Source: Clostridia bacterium (lineage in GTDB: Bacteria > Bacillota > Clostridia > Oscillospirales > CAG-272). From it: a stretch of 64,000 nucleotides of DNA. Below, piece by piece: positions 9,310 through 19,513 of the stretch. The notes under the pieces are model-generated. The model made no database searches and was not told the origin of the DNA. It saw only the letters and a list, made by a program, of their open reading frames with translations. Made by a program: the position numbers and the translations under genes. The stretch covers positions 119,214 through 183,213 of the forward strand of contig JAFTRA010000042.1 of assembly GCA_017462485.1 (NCBI GenBank), written 5' to 3'. The stretch's first letter is position 1, and the number at the start of each line of letters is the position of its first letter.

Positions 9310-10476
9310 GTGAATAGCGTGAGCGAAATTTACGGCGTACTTACAAAGCTTATACAAAAAGAAATATGCGGACTTTCAGACGTCGTAATTTCTCCGGACG
9401 CCATAACGCCCGAAGCAGCAAAGACTCTTTATTCAATATCGAGCGCTCACGACGTTTCACACATCGTAGGACAGGCGCTTTTATCGCTTGGTGCGAAGAT
9501 GCCCGAGGAGACAGAGGCAGCCTTTAAAAAGTCGGTTTCTCTTGCTATGTACCGCTATTTACAGACCAAAAGAGAGCTTTCCGCACTAAAAGAGACGCTT
9601 GAAGACGGAAAAATACCATATATCGTTTTGAAAGGCTCCGTACTACGCGACTATTATTCCGAGCCTTGGATGCGTACAAGCTGCGATATTGATATTCTTA
9701 TAAAGAGCTGTGATATCAGTCGGGCTACCGAGCTTCTCACGTCGGAGCTTGACTATAAATTCGAGGGCAGAGCCTCGCACGACGTATCTCTCTTCTCTCC
9801 ATCCGGAATTCACGTTGAGCTGCATTTTAGCCTTATAGAAGAGGGAGAGAGCGCAAAGACCTTCGATGATATCTGGAATTCCGACTTAATCGTAGGCGTT
9901 TCTGATTACGGTTATGCTATGACTCCCGAGACATTTCTTACCTACCACGTGGCTCATATGGCAAAGCATTTTAACGGTGGCGGCTGCGGAATACGACCCT
10001 TTATTGACCTTTGGATTCTCGAAAGCAAGATGCCCTATGACAAGGACAAACTCTTCGCTCTTCTCTCAAGCTGCGGGCTTAATGCTTTTTATGACGCGGC
10101 AAGGCTGCTCTCTTTCGTATGGCTTTCTGACGTCGCGCATACGAACCTTACTCTTGCTATGGAGAGTTACGTTATGGGTGGCGGAGTTTACGGCACTATT
10201 GAAAACAGAGTGACTATACGACAAAGGAAAAGCGGCGGAAAATTCAGGTATATTTTAGGAAGAATTTTTCTGCCCTACCGAAAACTTAAAAGAATTTATC
10301 CGAGACTTGAAAAGTATCCTTTTCTTCTTCCCTACTACGAGGCGCGTCGCTGGGTGACCTTTTTAGTACGCGGTAACAAGAGCCGCGCACTATCCGAAAT
10401 AAGCTACACTGCGAGCGTTTCGGAGGATAAAAGTGTGGAGCTTGCGACGCTTATGCAAGAACTCGGACTTAACTGA
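9310..10476 (+). CDS. uncharacterised nucleotidyltransferase-family protein (NTP_transf_5-like)
   Basis: GTG start at 9310, or GTG at 9319 after GAGGTG. Core LKGSVLRDYY...RTSCDIDILI...HVELHF resembles the uncharacterised nucleotidyltransferase family. Assigned by eye only. Confidence 0.5.
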   Translation: MNSVSEIYGVLTKLIQKEICGLSDVVISPDAITPEAAKTLYSISSAHDVSHIVGQALLSLGAKMPEETEAAFKKSVSLAMYRYLQTKRELSALKETLEDGKIPYIVLKGSVLRDYYSEPWMRTSCDIDILIKSCDISRATELLTSELDYKFEGRASHDVSLFSPSGIHVELHFSLIEEGESAKTFDDIWNSDLIVGVSDYGYAMTPETFLTYHVAHMAKHFNGGGCGIRPFIDLWILESKMPYDKDKLFALLSSCGLNAFYDAARLLSFVWLSDVAHTNLTLAMESYVMGGGVYGTIENRVTIRQRKSGGKFRYILGRIFLPYRKLKRIYPRLEKYPFLLPYYEARRWVTFLVRGNKSRALSEISYTASVSEDKSVELATLMQELGLN

Positions 10477-10489
10477 AGGTTTTAAAAAT

Positions 10490-11458
10490 ATGACTATTAT
10501 CGTTACCGGGTGCGCCGGTTTTATTGGATTGAATTTCACAAAATACTGGCTCTACGAGCATAAGGGTGACAAGGTTGTCGGCATTGATTCTTTCAGCTAT
10601 GCCGCAAACGTAGATGAAATCTACGAGCTTTGCGAAAAAGAGCATAATTTCGTTTTTTATCGCGCGGATATATGCGACAAGGTGAAGATATCTCGTATTT
10701 TTCAAGACGAGAAGCCCAATGCCGTGGTTAACTTTGCGGCAGAGACGCACGTTGACCGTTCGATTGAATCCGCTGAAAAGTTTCTGATGACGAACGTTGT
10801 CGGAACGAACCTTTTGCTCGACGCCTGCCGTGAATACGGAAACGTAAGATTTCATCAGATTTCAACAGATGAGGTGTACGGAGATTTACCGTTAAACTCT
10901 AAAAAGTCATTTACCGAGTCTTCTCCGCTCCTCCCCAGCTCACCGTACAGCGCAAGCAAGGCGGCGGCGGATCTTCTTTCACTTGCCTACTACAGAACGC
11001 ACGGCGTTCCCGTTACGATTTCCCGCTCAGCTAACAATTACGGCTTCTTCCAGCACGAAGAAAAGATGATTCCTCACAGCGTAAAGAGCCTTATGCGAGG
11101 CGAGAAAATCTCGATTTACGGAGACGGAAAAAACGTGCGAGATTGGATATACGTGGGCGACCACGTGAAAGCGGTCGAAGCCATTCTTCTTAACGGTAAG
11201 ATTGGAGAAATATACAACGTCGGAGCAGGATATGAAATATCCAATCTTGAGCTTGCAAGGAAAATAATTTTATGCTATACCGAAAGCAGCGATGCCGCTA
11301 TAGATGAATATATAGAATTTGTTCCAGACAGAAAGGGACACGACAGACGCTACTCGCTTGACACCTCAAAAATAAAAAACGCTCTCGGGTGGCAGGCTAT
11401 CTCTGACTTTGACGAAGAGCTTTTAAAAACGATAAAATGGATAGGAGAAAAACAATGA
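10490..11458 (+). CDS. rfbB: dTDP-glucose 4,6-dehydratase
   Basis: MTIIVTGCAGFIG, ETHVDRSI, STDEVYGD, YSASKAAADL. The ORF track start at 10433 overlaps the upstream gene; the ATG at 10490 gives a canonical N-terminus. Confidence 0.9.
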   Translation: MTIIVTGCAGFIGLNFTKYWLYEHKGDKVVGIDSFSYAANVDEIYELCEKEHNFVFYRADICDKVKISRIFQDEKPNAVVNFAAETHVDRSIESAEKFLMTNVVGTNLLLDACREYGNVRFHQISTDEVYGDLPLNSKKSFTESSPLLPSSPYSASKAAADLLSLAYYRTHGVPVTISRSANNYGFFQHEEKMIPHSVKSLMRGEKISIYGDGKNVRDWIYVGDHVKAVEAILLNGKIGEIYNVGAGYEISNLELARKIILCYTESSDAAIDEYIEFVPDRKGHDRRYSLDTSKIKNALGWQAISDFDEELLKTIKWIGEKQ

Positions 11459-12183
11459 TTGCCGATACTAAAAAGATTCAGGACCATAAAAAGACTTTAA
11501 TGATAGCGCACAGAGGCGCATCGGGGATTGAGCCGGAAAATACCGTATCCGCTTTTATAGCGGCGGCAAACCGTTCCTACTACGGCATAGAAACCGACGT
11601 TCATAAGACGAAGGACGGAAAATACATCATAACTCACGACGACAACGCAAAACGTGTCACAGGAGTTGACACGGTTATAGAAGAAACAGATTTTGACACG
11701 CTCCGCGCCCTTAACATTTTCGATAAGGAAGGCCGTGGCAGATGCGACCTCTATATGCCCACTCTTGAAGAATACATCACCATATGTAAAAGATACGGCA
11801 AGGTTGCCGTGCTTGAATTAAAAAATGAGTTTGAAGAAGCGGATATTTTTGAAATTTGCGAGATAATTGATTCGCTTGGATATCTTGACGGAACGATATT
11901 CATAAGCTTTGCCATTAACAACCTTTATTACGTTAAGAAAAAGTATCCGAATCAAGCCGCTCAATTCCTTATACACAAAAATCTTCCCGAAGATTTGGCA
12001 GAGCAGCTTGCCTCACACGCTTTAGACCTCGACGTTTACTATAAGGAAGCGACAAAGGAGCTTATCGACAAGTGCCACGCAGTCGGCGTTAAGGTCAACG
12101 TATGGACCGTTGACGAGCTTTGCGACGCAGAGGCTCTTATTGAAAGAGGTATTGATTTTATCACCTCGAATATTATAGAATAA
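11455..12183 (+). CDS. glycerophosphodiester phosphodiesterase (cytoplasmic GDPD)
   Basis: AGGAGA RBS, ATG overlapping the rfbB stop. MIAHRGASGIEPENT ... IETDVHKTKDG. Confidence 0.85.
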   Translation: MIADTKKIQDHKKTLMIAHRGASGIEPENTVSAFIAAANRSYYGIETDVHKTKDGKYIITHDDNAKRVTGVDTVIEETDFDTLRALNIFDKEGRGRCDLYMPTLEEYITICKRYGKVAVLELKNEFEEADIFEICEIIDSLGYLDGTIFISFAINNLYYVKKKYPNQAAQFLIHKNLPEDLAEQLASHALDLDVYYKEATKELIDKCHAVGVKVNVWTVDELCDAEALIERGIDFITSNIIE

Positions 12184-12224
12184 CTTACATTGTGATTAAA
12201 TTTATACACTAAAAGAACGAAAAA

Positions 12225-12280
12225 CGAGCAAAAAGCCACAAAATGCAAATCTTTGGTTGCATTTTGCGGCTTTTTGCTCG
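12225..12280. terminator. bidirectional intrinsic terminator between convergent genes
   Basis: Near-perfect stem of about 24 bp, CGAGCAAAAAGCCACAAAATGCAA / TTGCATTTTGCGGCTTTTTGCTCG, with A and T runs on both sides. Confidence 0.8.
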
Positions 12281-12327
12281 TAATAAGTAACTAATCAACA
12301 GTGGAATTGCGGTTGAGCTTTTCGCAG

Positions 12328-13788
12328 TTAATTCTCTGCTTTTCCTACTGCGAATCCGGAATATCCGCCAAGGAAGTCCTCTGCGCACTTTCTGAACTGA
12401 ACTGTTACTATATCGTCATTAAATGTAAAAAGAGCTGACATATTGCCGAAATATTTATCAATTATCTGAACTCTTATCATAAAATCATCGGGCGAAAGAG
12501 CGGCTGCGCTTGATGCACAGTTATATCTATTGCCGGGGCATCTCTTTGAGCCGACCTTGTCGGAATATCCTTCCTCGCAGAACTTTTCAAAAACATTTTT
12601 GCCAAGTCCGAAATTGATAATCTTCTTTTCCGACTTTTTAACGTACTCAAATTTTCCCTCATCACCGTCAAACGTAAGAGTGAACTCTGATATACCTAAA
12701 TAGTTATCCTTGAACACGTATTTTTTTCCGTTAATCTTATCCATAAGGGGCGATGCATAGTCCCCCTTAAGATAGAAGAGGTCATCCTCGGGGATAGGCT
12801 CTCCCGAATACTCGGGAAGCGGATTTTCCGATACCTCCGAATATACCATATCAAAGAAGCCGTCTATTATTTTGGTTTTAGCAAGAGGATTTCCCTGATT
12901 ATCTCCGTTATAAACGAGAATCATATCCTTATCGGGACACATAACGCAAAACTGACAGCCCATACCGTTGAAGAAGAATGAATTCTCTCTCTGACGCCAT
13001 ATAAGGTAGCCATATCCGTAAGCGGAATCGTTAGCAAAGCCATACTCCGACGTGGAAACGAGATTCGAGGTTGCCTCCTTAACAAAAGCTTCACTGAGAA
13101 GCTGCTCGCCCTCCCATTTTCCGCCAAGAAGAAGGAATCTTCCTACTTTCAGAAGGTCAATCGGGCGCATAAGCAGCGCAGAGTCAGACCAGCTATGACC
13201 ACCCGGACACTCAAGCATATAAGCGCCCTCGACACCGAGCTTTGCTAAGAATTTTTCGTATAGGTAATCGGTAAGCTTCTTACCGGCGACACGCTCTACG
13301 AGCGCACCGAGAACGAACGAGCCCGTACTGTCATACTTAAACATCGTTCCTGAGGGATACAGCGAGCCCGAATTATTTGTAAAATAATCAAGAACTCTAT
13401 CCTCAGGGCTTGTTTCAAACCAACTCGGATAATTTTTGGGAAATGCGGAACGCATCTGAAGCATATGCCTTACCGTCTGATTTTTTATATTTTCATTGGT
13501 AACCCTTGAGCATTCTTCGGGAAAATATTTTGAAATGGGGTCATCGAGCGAAACCCTTCCCTCATCAACCAAAAATCCTATGCCAAGTGCAACGAAGCTT
13601 TTTGTTACGGAATACATTCTGTGAAGAAAATCACGGTTAAAGGGCTTCCAATACTTTTCAAATATTATATTGTCACCCTTTGCTATTATCACAGAGTGAG
13701 TAGAAAGAGCGGACCTGTTAAGATGGTTTACGTACTTCTTAATTGCCGCGGTAGAAACACCGCATTTTTCCGGTGAACTGTATTTCAT
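12328..13788 (-). CDS. serine hydrolase, beta-lactamase/transpeptidase-like fold
   Basis: S-x-x-K motif YSVTKSFVALG about 60 aa from the N-terminus. 486 aa with a C-terminal extension. Confidence 0.8.
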   Translation of the reverse strand: MKYSSPEKCGVSTAAIKKYVNHLNRSALSTHSVIIAKGDNIIFEKYWKPFNRDFLHRMYSVTKSFVALGIGFLVDEGRVSLDDPISKYFPEECSRVTNENIKNQTVRHMLQMRSAFPKNYPSWFETSPEDRVLDYFTNNSGSLYPSGTMFKYDSTGSFVLGALVERVAGKKLTDYLYEKFLAKLGVEGAYMLECPGGHSWSDSALLMRPIDLLKVGRFLLLGGKWEGEQLLSEAFVKEATSNLVSTSEYGFANDSAYGYGYLIWRQRENSFFFNGMGCQFCVMCPDKDMILVYNGDNQGNPLAKTKIIDGFFDMVYSEVSENPLPEYSGEPIPEDDLFYLKGDYASPLMDKINGKKYVFKDNYLGISEFTLTFDGDEGKFEYVKKSEKKIINFGLGKNVFEKFCEEGYSDKVGSKRCPGNRYNCASSAAALSPDDFMIRVQIIDKYFGNMSALFTFNDDIVTVQFRKCAEDFLGGYSGFAVGKAEN

Positions 13789-13814
13789 ATAATTTTTCTC
13801 CGTAAAAGTTATTT

Positions 13815-15221
13815 TTACACGTTATACATTTTAAGATATTCTTTCGTATTCTCTATCATCTCGTCGAAGAGAACTCTTGCGTCCTCACGCTCAATAGTAA
13901 CGAGAGGATCGTTTGCAAAGGCTTCGAACGCAAGGTCGAGATTTCTCGTGAAGACTGCCTCGAGAATAATCTCCTGATTTCCCAGAATTCTTGAAATAAG
14001 AGGATAAATAGACGTCGGAAGATTTCCTGCCATAACGGGAAGAACCTCGTTCGTTCTGAAGGTTGCATTGGTTTCTACTACCGCTCCGAGAGGAAGATTA
14101 GGTATCTGACCTACGTTAGGGATATTTACGTTAGTAACCATATCGCCAAGACCAAGAAGCGCCTCCATCATCATAACTCCCTCTTCTCCGGTATCCTTTA
14201 TAGACACCGCCTGAGTTCCGTTATAGTAAGCGTCGCTCTTCGCAAGTCTGTTCTTGAGGTCTTCCTTTCTGTAGCTTACGGGAGTAAGGTTAAAGTACCA
14301 GGTTTTTCTCACCTCGTCAACCGAGTTAAGATACCACTTTCCGGGGCAGAACTCCGCAAGATGACGGTCACCTGCCGCGGCAATATAACCGTAGCGAAGG
14401 AAGAGGTCCATCTTTACCTTATGTCTATGCTGCCATACGTTGCTTCCGTCCTCATCCCACTTATGGAACTGATTAGGATCCATATAACCGTTCTCTACGT
14501 ACTTTTCGCAGAACTTTTTGTATATCGGGAAGATGTCAATATTCTGATATTTAGCCTCGGTGAGCCAAGTGAAATGGTTAACACCTACAACGTTTACCTT
14601 TATATCTCTTCTATCGGCACACTTGATTCCTTCTATATCAAAAAGCGCCTTAACAAGCAAATTTTGAGTTCCAAATACTTCGTGGCAGCAGCCGAACGCC
14701 TTAATTTTAGGGAACGCTCTGTAAAGCGCGGCAACGCAAAGCGTCATAGGATTCGTATAATTTATAACCCAAGCGTTAGGGCAATTTTCCTCTACCTTCT
14801 TTGCGATATACTCGAACATAGGAAGAGTACGGAGCGCTCTTACAACACCGCCGGGGCCCGTAGTATCTCCAACAGGCTGATAAATTCCGTATTTTTCGGG
14901 TGCGTGAACGTCGCTTTCCATTTCATCAAAGGTTGCCGGAAGAATTGATATAACTACAAAATCGGCAGCACGAAGCGCATCGTCTATAGTTTCGCTGGCG
15001 TGATAATTCCAACGAGCCTTCGCGTTTTCGCACTCATTAAACTTTTCACCTATTGCTTCATTTCGCTTTGCCGCCTCATAATCTATATCGTAAAGATATA
15101 CGTCTCCCGATATTTTTTTGCTCGCCGCAAGGTCGGACATAAGCGACCAAGCCCATCCGCGAGAGCCTCCGCCGACGTATGCAATTTTTACGTTTTCGGC
15201 TTTGCCGTTTACAAAATTCAT
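13815..15221 (-). CDS. glycoside hydrolase family 4 (NAD/Mn-dependent alpha-glycosidase)
   Basis: ATG at 15221 follows AGGAGT. KIAYVGGGSRGWA dinucleotide fold, INYTNPM, GCCHEV. The ORF track start at 15308 has no RBS. Confidence 0.85.
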   Translation of the reverse strand: MNFVNGKAENVKIAYVGGGSRGWAWSLMSDLAASKKISGDVYLYDIDYEAAKRNEAIGEKFNECENAKARWNYHASETIDDALRAADFVVISILPATFDEMESDVHAPEKYGIYQPVGDTTGPGGVVRALRTLPMFEYIAKKVEENCPNAWVINYTNPMTLCVAALYRAFPKIKAFGCCHEVFGTQNLLVKALFDIEGIKCADRRDIKVNVVGVNHFTWLTEAKYQNIDIFPIYKKFCEKYVENGYMDPNQFHKWDEDGSNVWQHRHKVKMDLFLRYGYIAAAGDRHLAEFCPGKWYLNSVDEVRKTWYFNLTPVSYRKEDLKNRLAKSDAYYNGTQAVSIKDTGEEGVMMMEALLGLGDMVTNVNIPNVGQIPNLPLGAVVETNATFRTNEVLPVMAGNLPTSIYPLISRILGNQEIILEAVFTRNLDLAFEAFANDPLVTIEREDARVLFDEMIENTKEYLKMYNV

Positions 15222-15408
15222 AATTATACTCCTTATATCTGCCCTATATCCTTGGCAAATATTTTGTATTTCATTATAGATAATACTTGCAAAAAAGCTT
15301 TGCATCATCTCTTGCTTTCATAATATAGCAATTTTTTTGTGTTTTCTATTATATTTTTATCCACTTTACTGAAAATGCAATTTTTTTGCTTGATTTCGCA
15401 CAAAAGAT

Positions 15409-16233
15409 ATGATATACTCAAAATATAATAATATTTTGGAGCGAGAGTGCTTTATGGAAGGTTTGTACGTACACAGAAATATAAATAAGAGCCTCGGCTC
15501 GCAGCAGAGTCATTTTCATAACGGTTATTATGAGATATACTATCTTAAGCGCGGAACTGTAAGGTACATAATATCCGACAAAATTTTCGAGCTTTCAAAA
15601 AACGACGTTGCCCTTATTCCAAAGGGTGTTATACACAACACGTCGTACAGTGAGCTTGAGAACGAAAGATTGCTTCTGAATTTTTCAAAGGAATACTTAA
15701 GCGATACCTCTCTTTTAGAATCGTTTGATAACGGTGTTATTTCTCTTACAGAAAAGGAAGGCTTTGACTTCGAAAACATTTTAAAGAAAATCGAGCATGA
15801 AATCTCTTCCGAAGATGCATTTTCAAAAAAGCTTGTCACTCAATACATAACGGAAATTCTCATATTATTTATGAGAAAGGAAAAGAGAGACCGCAAAGCA
15901 GAGCTTGAGGGATACAATAAAATTATGCAAACGGCAACCGAATATATAAACTCAAGCTTTGATACGGATATCTCTCTTGCGGCACTCAGCAAAAAATTCT
16001 CTTTAAGTCAAAGCTTTTTCTCAAGAAAGTTTAAGGAAATAACAGGCTTTGGCGTTGCTGAATACATTACGCTCGTAAGAATAAAAAGAGCCGAAAAGCT
16101 CCTTAGGGACACAAATCTCTCTATGACCGACGTTGCGTATTCCTGCGGATTTTCTGATTCAAGCTACTTTGCCGCAACCTTCAAAAAGCTGATAGGCATG
16201 ACACCTCTTAAATACTCCAAAAGATATAAATAA
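15409..16233 (+). CDS. AraC-family transcriptional regulator (cupin N-domain)
   Basis: C-terminal double HTH (SLAALSKKFSLSQSFFSRKFKEITG ... AYSCGFSDSSYFAATFKKLIGMTPLKY). An alternative start is the ATG at 15454. Divergent from the GH4 gene. Confidence 0.85.
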   Translation: MIYSKYNNILERECFMEGLYVHRNINKSLGSQQSHFHNGYYEIYYLKRGTVRYIISDKIFELSKNDVALIPKGVIHNTSYSELENERLLLNFSKEYLSDTSLLESFDNGVISLTEKEGFDFENILKKIEHEISSEDAFSKKLVTQYITEILILFMRKEKRDRKAELEGYNKIMQTATEYINSSFDTDISLAALSKKFSLSQSFFSRKFKEITGFGVAEYITLVRIKRAEKLLRDTNLSMTDVAYSCGFSDSSYFAATFKKLIGMTPLKYSKRYK

Positions 16234-16260
16234 TTTTTCTTTAATTTTGATTTATCATAA

Positions 16261-16300
16261 AAGCGCCGACGGTATTTTTACTGTCAGCGCTTGTTTTTTT
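16261..16300 (+). terminator. intrinsic terminator after the AraC gene
   Basis: AAGCGCCGACGG / CTGTCAGCGCTT stem followed by a T8 run. Confidence 0.7.
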
Positions 16301-16384
16301 GTAAATCTTTATTAACCTTATTCGGCAACAATAAGTAGTATAAATTGCATTTCATCAATTCTTCCTTATTGTTAAAGCACTATA

Positions 16385-19300
16385 TCAAGCGTAATAATTT
16401 CCCTCTCCGATTGACGATTCATACTCCTTACACATCACGCATTCCTCAAGGAAATACCCACTTCCCTCGTACATAGCTCTTAAATACGTTCCGCAGTCGG
16501 AGCAATAATAATGGTCGGTACAGTCACCGCAAATCGAGGAGCAAAGCTCTTTGTTATCGTGGTCGCAAACGCCGTGTATGTGACCCGCGCAAAGATTTTT
16601 GCCGCAGCCGTCACTCTCGCATACTCCGTGCACGCCAAGCTCGAAAATACCGTCGCAAGAGGAGCATACGGTAAACGGAAGATTAAGAACGACACCCATG
16701 ATATTATCATTAGGCGCCCACATATTATCATCGTAATTCGTCTGATATTCCGTGAGCATTACGTAGGAAATCTTGCCCGTATCAACTCCGAACGACTCAA
16801 CCTGAGCGCTACTCCAACCGTTATCAAGAAGATTTCTTCTATGAATCTCGGCAGAGACAGGAGTCAGAGCCAAAACGTAATTATCATTTGTTACGAAATA
16901 AGCCGAGCAGGTTACGGTTATAATATCGGCATATTCAGTGTATTCAGCGTTATCACCGTAAGTATAACGAAGAGAATATTTTAGCGTTGCGATACTGCTT
17001 TCTTTACTGTAATGAACCTCAATTTTTACCCAGTTGCCGCCGTCAGTCTGATATTTATTAACGCCTCCCCAGCTAACAGGACATACCGCGCCCTCATAAA
17101 TATGCATACATTCAAAGCAAGGATTTGCTCCACCGCAAAATACGCATTTTTCTTCATCGTAAAGCTTATGGCATCTGTCACAGGCATAATTTCCGTCAGA
17201 ATCGTTATGCCCGTAAGGTTCTATCATACCGAGAATTCCGCTCTCTTCACCGGACGTTGCCACATCTGTGCCGTTTATTATCATATATGAGTAACCGCAG
17301 CTCTCTTTTTGGCAGCTATACGTATCTCTCATTCCGGGGTGCAAGCAGCTTGCATCATGACCCTTAAAAACGGTAACGTCACTTGCACATCTCGGGCAAT
17401 ACTGCGTAATATCCACTCTCTCCGAGCATGCGCAGCATTCAGAGCATTTCTCGCATCTTTCGCAAACGCTTGTGACTGCGTTGTAGCATCCCGAGCAGAA
17501 CTTCTGCTCTTCCTTATCGTCCTCACCTATACAGCTGCAGCAGTACTGACACTGATTACAGCTTCCGCACAAGGTTTCCGCCGCGCCATAGCAGCTCGCG
17601 CAAGTATTAGCTTCTCCGTAGTTACCGCAAATTCCGCAAGTATATGCTCCTCTCATTTCGTTATAGAGGAAAATTCCTTGACAGTTTGAGCAATAGTAAT
17701 GACTTCTTCCTGATACGCAGTCAACGTCTGTCGAGGTCATCGACTCAGGTGTGTGATTACATATAACGATATTAGGATCGCAGTAGTAGCATTCAAACAT
17801 CTCGACACCGATTTCGTTATACACCACACATAATACCTTGCCGCAATCGTTACATTTTCTATGCTCGTATTGCATATTGTAACCGCAGTTCATTAAGAAA
17901 GGCGAGGTATTCGTATGGTCGCAAACGATTTCAAGGTCGCAGGTACAGCAATCTAAACAATAACCGCAATTATCGTGGAAGGAACTCGCCGGAAGATTGT
18001 TTTTGCATCTATCACAGAATCTCGACGTATCTTTCCCCTTTGTACACATAACGTCGTGCTCGTAAACGCAGACGTACATACCGCACTCGCAAAGCTCGTG
18101 GGTAACACCTCTTACGCCGCAGCCCTCGCATATAATCATAGATTGTTTACACCAGTCGCAAAGTTCGTCTGCATCCTTGTCGTCGCACGGAACAGTTCCT
18201 ATGATTATAACCTTATCGTGCTCGGAGCCGGTGGTCTTTCCATCCTCCGAGAAGTACCAATTGCATATATCGCAACGGTAATGGTTATACCAACCGACCT
18301 CGTTACAGGTGGGGTCCTTCGCTTCGTAGAACTTAAGCGTTCCACCGTCTGTTACGTGATTGCACTCTGCAGGTGGATTGTTTTGTCCGGGATCCTGACC
18401 TTCGCAATTATCGTGGTCGCCCTGGCACAAGGGCGCACCGCAATTATCACACGTTTTGCCGTGTATATTTTCGTCCTCACAAATATATTCGGAGCAGTTA
18501 GGACACATCATATAATGCGCATCTCCAAGTCCGTCGCAGGTATATCCGTCACAATTCGCGCACTTATGCTCTTCTCTTGCGCCCTCTTCTCTACATTCAG
18601 GGCAATCCTTAAGCTTCATATCGCACTCTTTGTGCGCATCGTAATCGCCCTCGCATCTGTATTTATTACAGATCTCGCAAAGCGTATAATGATCACGGAG
18701 CTGACCGAGCTTATCTCCCTCCTCGCACCAGGAAAGCTCTCCTTCGCAATGCTCGCAAATCTCTTTCGGGTGATAGCAATAGTGCAGGTGGCAGGACGGA
18801 CAGTAGGATGCGCAGCCTATATATTCATTACAATTTGCGCAAAGCTCGTGATCCTCGCAAATATACTTTTCGCATTCCGGGCACTTTGCGTGCATCCACT
18901 GATTTCCTTCAAACGTTCCGCCACCGCAGAAGCAGGGCTCGTTAGGATAGCAAAGAGAGTGATCTCCTACGCAGATGTAATTATTACATTTAGCGCAAAC
19001 GGAATGAGTTTCACCGGGCTTTTTACAGCCCTCGCATACTCCCTCGGGGTCATTTTTCTTACACTTCGTGTGGTCACCGCGGCAAACGTAATCCTCACAT
19101 TCGGGGCAAAGGTTGTGAATTACTCCCTCGACGTTGCAGCCGGGGCAGACGGTTTCACCGGGAGCCTTGCACTTCGAGTGATCGCCTACGCAGGTATATT
19201 TAAAGCAATATATACATTTTTCGTGAAGCGTTCCGCCACCGCAGCCTTGACAAACGGTAGTAACGTTTCCGCCCGTCGTTCCACTTCCGGAACCGCCATC

Positions 19301-19513
19301 ACCCGTTCCATCTCCCTCGGTCTCGGTGTCGGGGGCTTTATTTTCCTCTTTATTTTCGTTTTCGTTATTTTCCTTATTTTCTTCGCTGTTTTCGTTCTCA
19401 CTGTCATTATTCATTCCCGGAATATCTATCGGCAATTCCTCGCAGGAAACGGCGCCAAGCGCAAGTGCGCAGGTGAGAATTATTAGGAATAGAGCTACGA
19501 GAAGTTTTTTCAT
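16385..19513 (-). CDS. giant cysteine-rich lipoprotein of unknown function (tandem CxxC...CxxC...GDH..C modules)
   Basis: MKKLLVALFLIILTCALALGAVSC signal peptide with lipobox, then an acidic N/E-rich linker, then about 125 Cys by hand count. The ORF track starts 12 nt upstream at 19525. Confidence 0.8.
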   Translation of the reverse strand: MKKLLVALFLIILTCALALGAVSCEELPIDIPGMNNDSENENSEENKENNENENKEENKAPDTETEGDGTGDGGSGSGTTGGNVTTVCQGCGGGTLHEKCIYCFKYTCVGDHSKCKAPGETVCPGCNVEGVIHNLCPECEDYVCRGDHTKCKKNDPEGVCEGCKKPGETHSVCAKCNNYICVGDHSLCYPNEPCFCGGGTFEGNQWMHAKCPECEKYICEDHELCANCNEYIGCASYCPSCHLHYCYHPKEICEHCEGELSWCEEGDKLGQLRDHYTLCEICNKYRCEGDYDAHKECDMKLKDCPECREEGAREEHKCANCDGYTCDGLGDAHYMMCPNCSEYICEDENIHGKTCDNCGAPLCQGDHDNCEGQDPGQNNPPAECNHVTDGGTLKFYEAKDPTCNEVGWYNHYRCDICNWYFSEDGKTTGSEHDKVIIIGTVPCDDKDADELCDWCKQSMIICEGCGVRGVTHELCECGMYVCVYEHDVMCTKGKDTSRFCDRCKNNLPASSFHDNCGYCLDCCTCDLEIVCDHTNTSPFLMNCGYNMQYEHRKCNDCGKVLCVVYNEIGVEMFECYYCDPNIVICNHTPESMTSTDVDCVSGRSHYYCSNCQGIFLYNEMRGAYTCGICGNYGEANTCASCYGAAETLCGSCNQCQYCCSCIGEDDKEEQKFCSGCYNAVTSVCERCEKCSECCACSERVDITQYCPRCASDVTVFKGHDASCLHPGMRDTYSCQKESCGYSYMIINGTDVATSGEESGILGMIEPYGHNDSDGNYACDRCHKLYDEEKCVFCGGANPCFECMHIYEGAVCPVSWGGVNKYQTDGGNWVKIEVHYSKESSIATLKYSLRYTYGDNAEYTEYADIITVTCSAYFVTNDNYVLALTPVSAEIHRRNLLDNGWSSAQVESFGVDTGKISYVMLTEYQTNYDDNMWAPNDNIMGVVLNLPFTVCSSCDGIFELGVHGVCESDGCGKNLCAGHIHGVCDHDNKELCSSICGDCTDHYYCSDCGTYLRAMYEGSGYFLEECVMCKEYESSIGEGNYYA

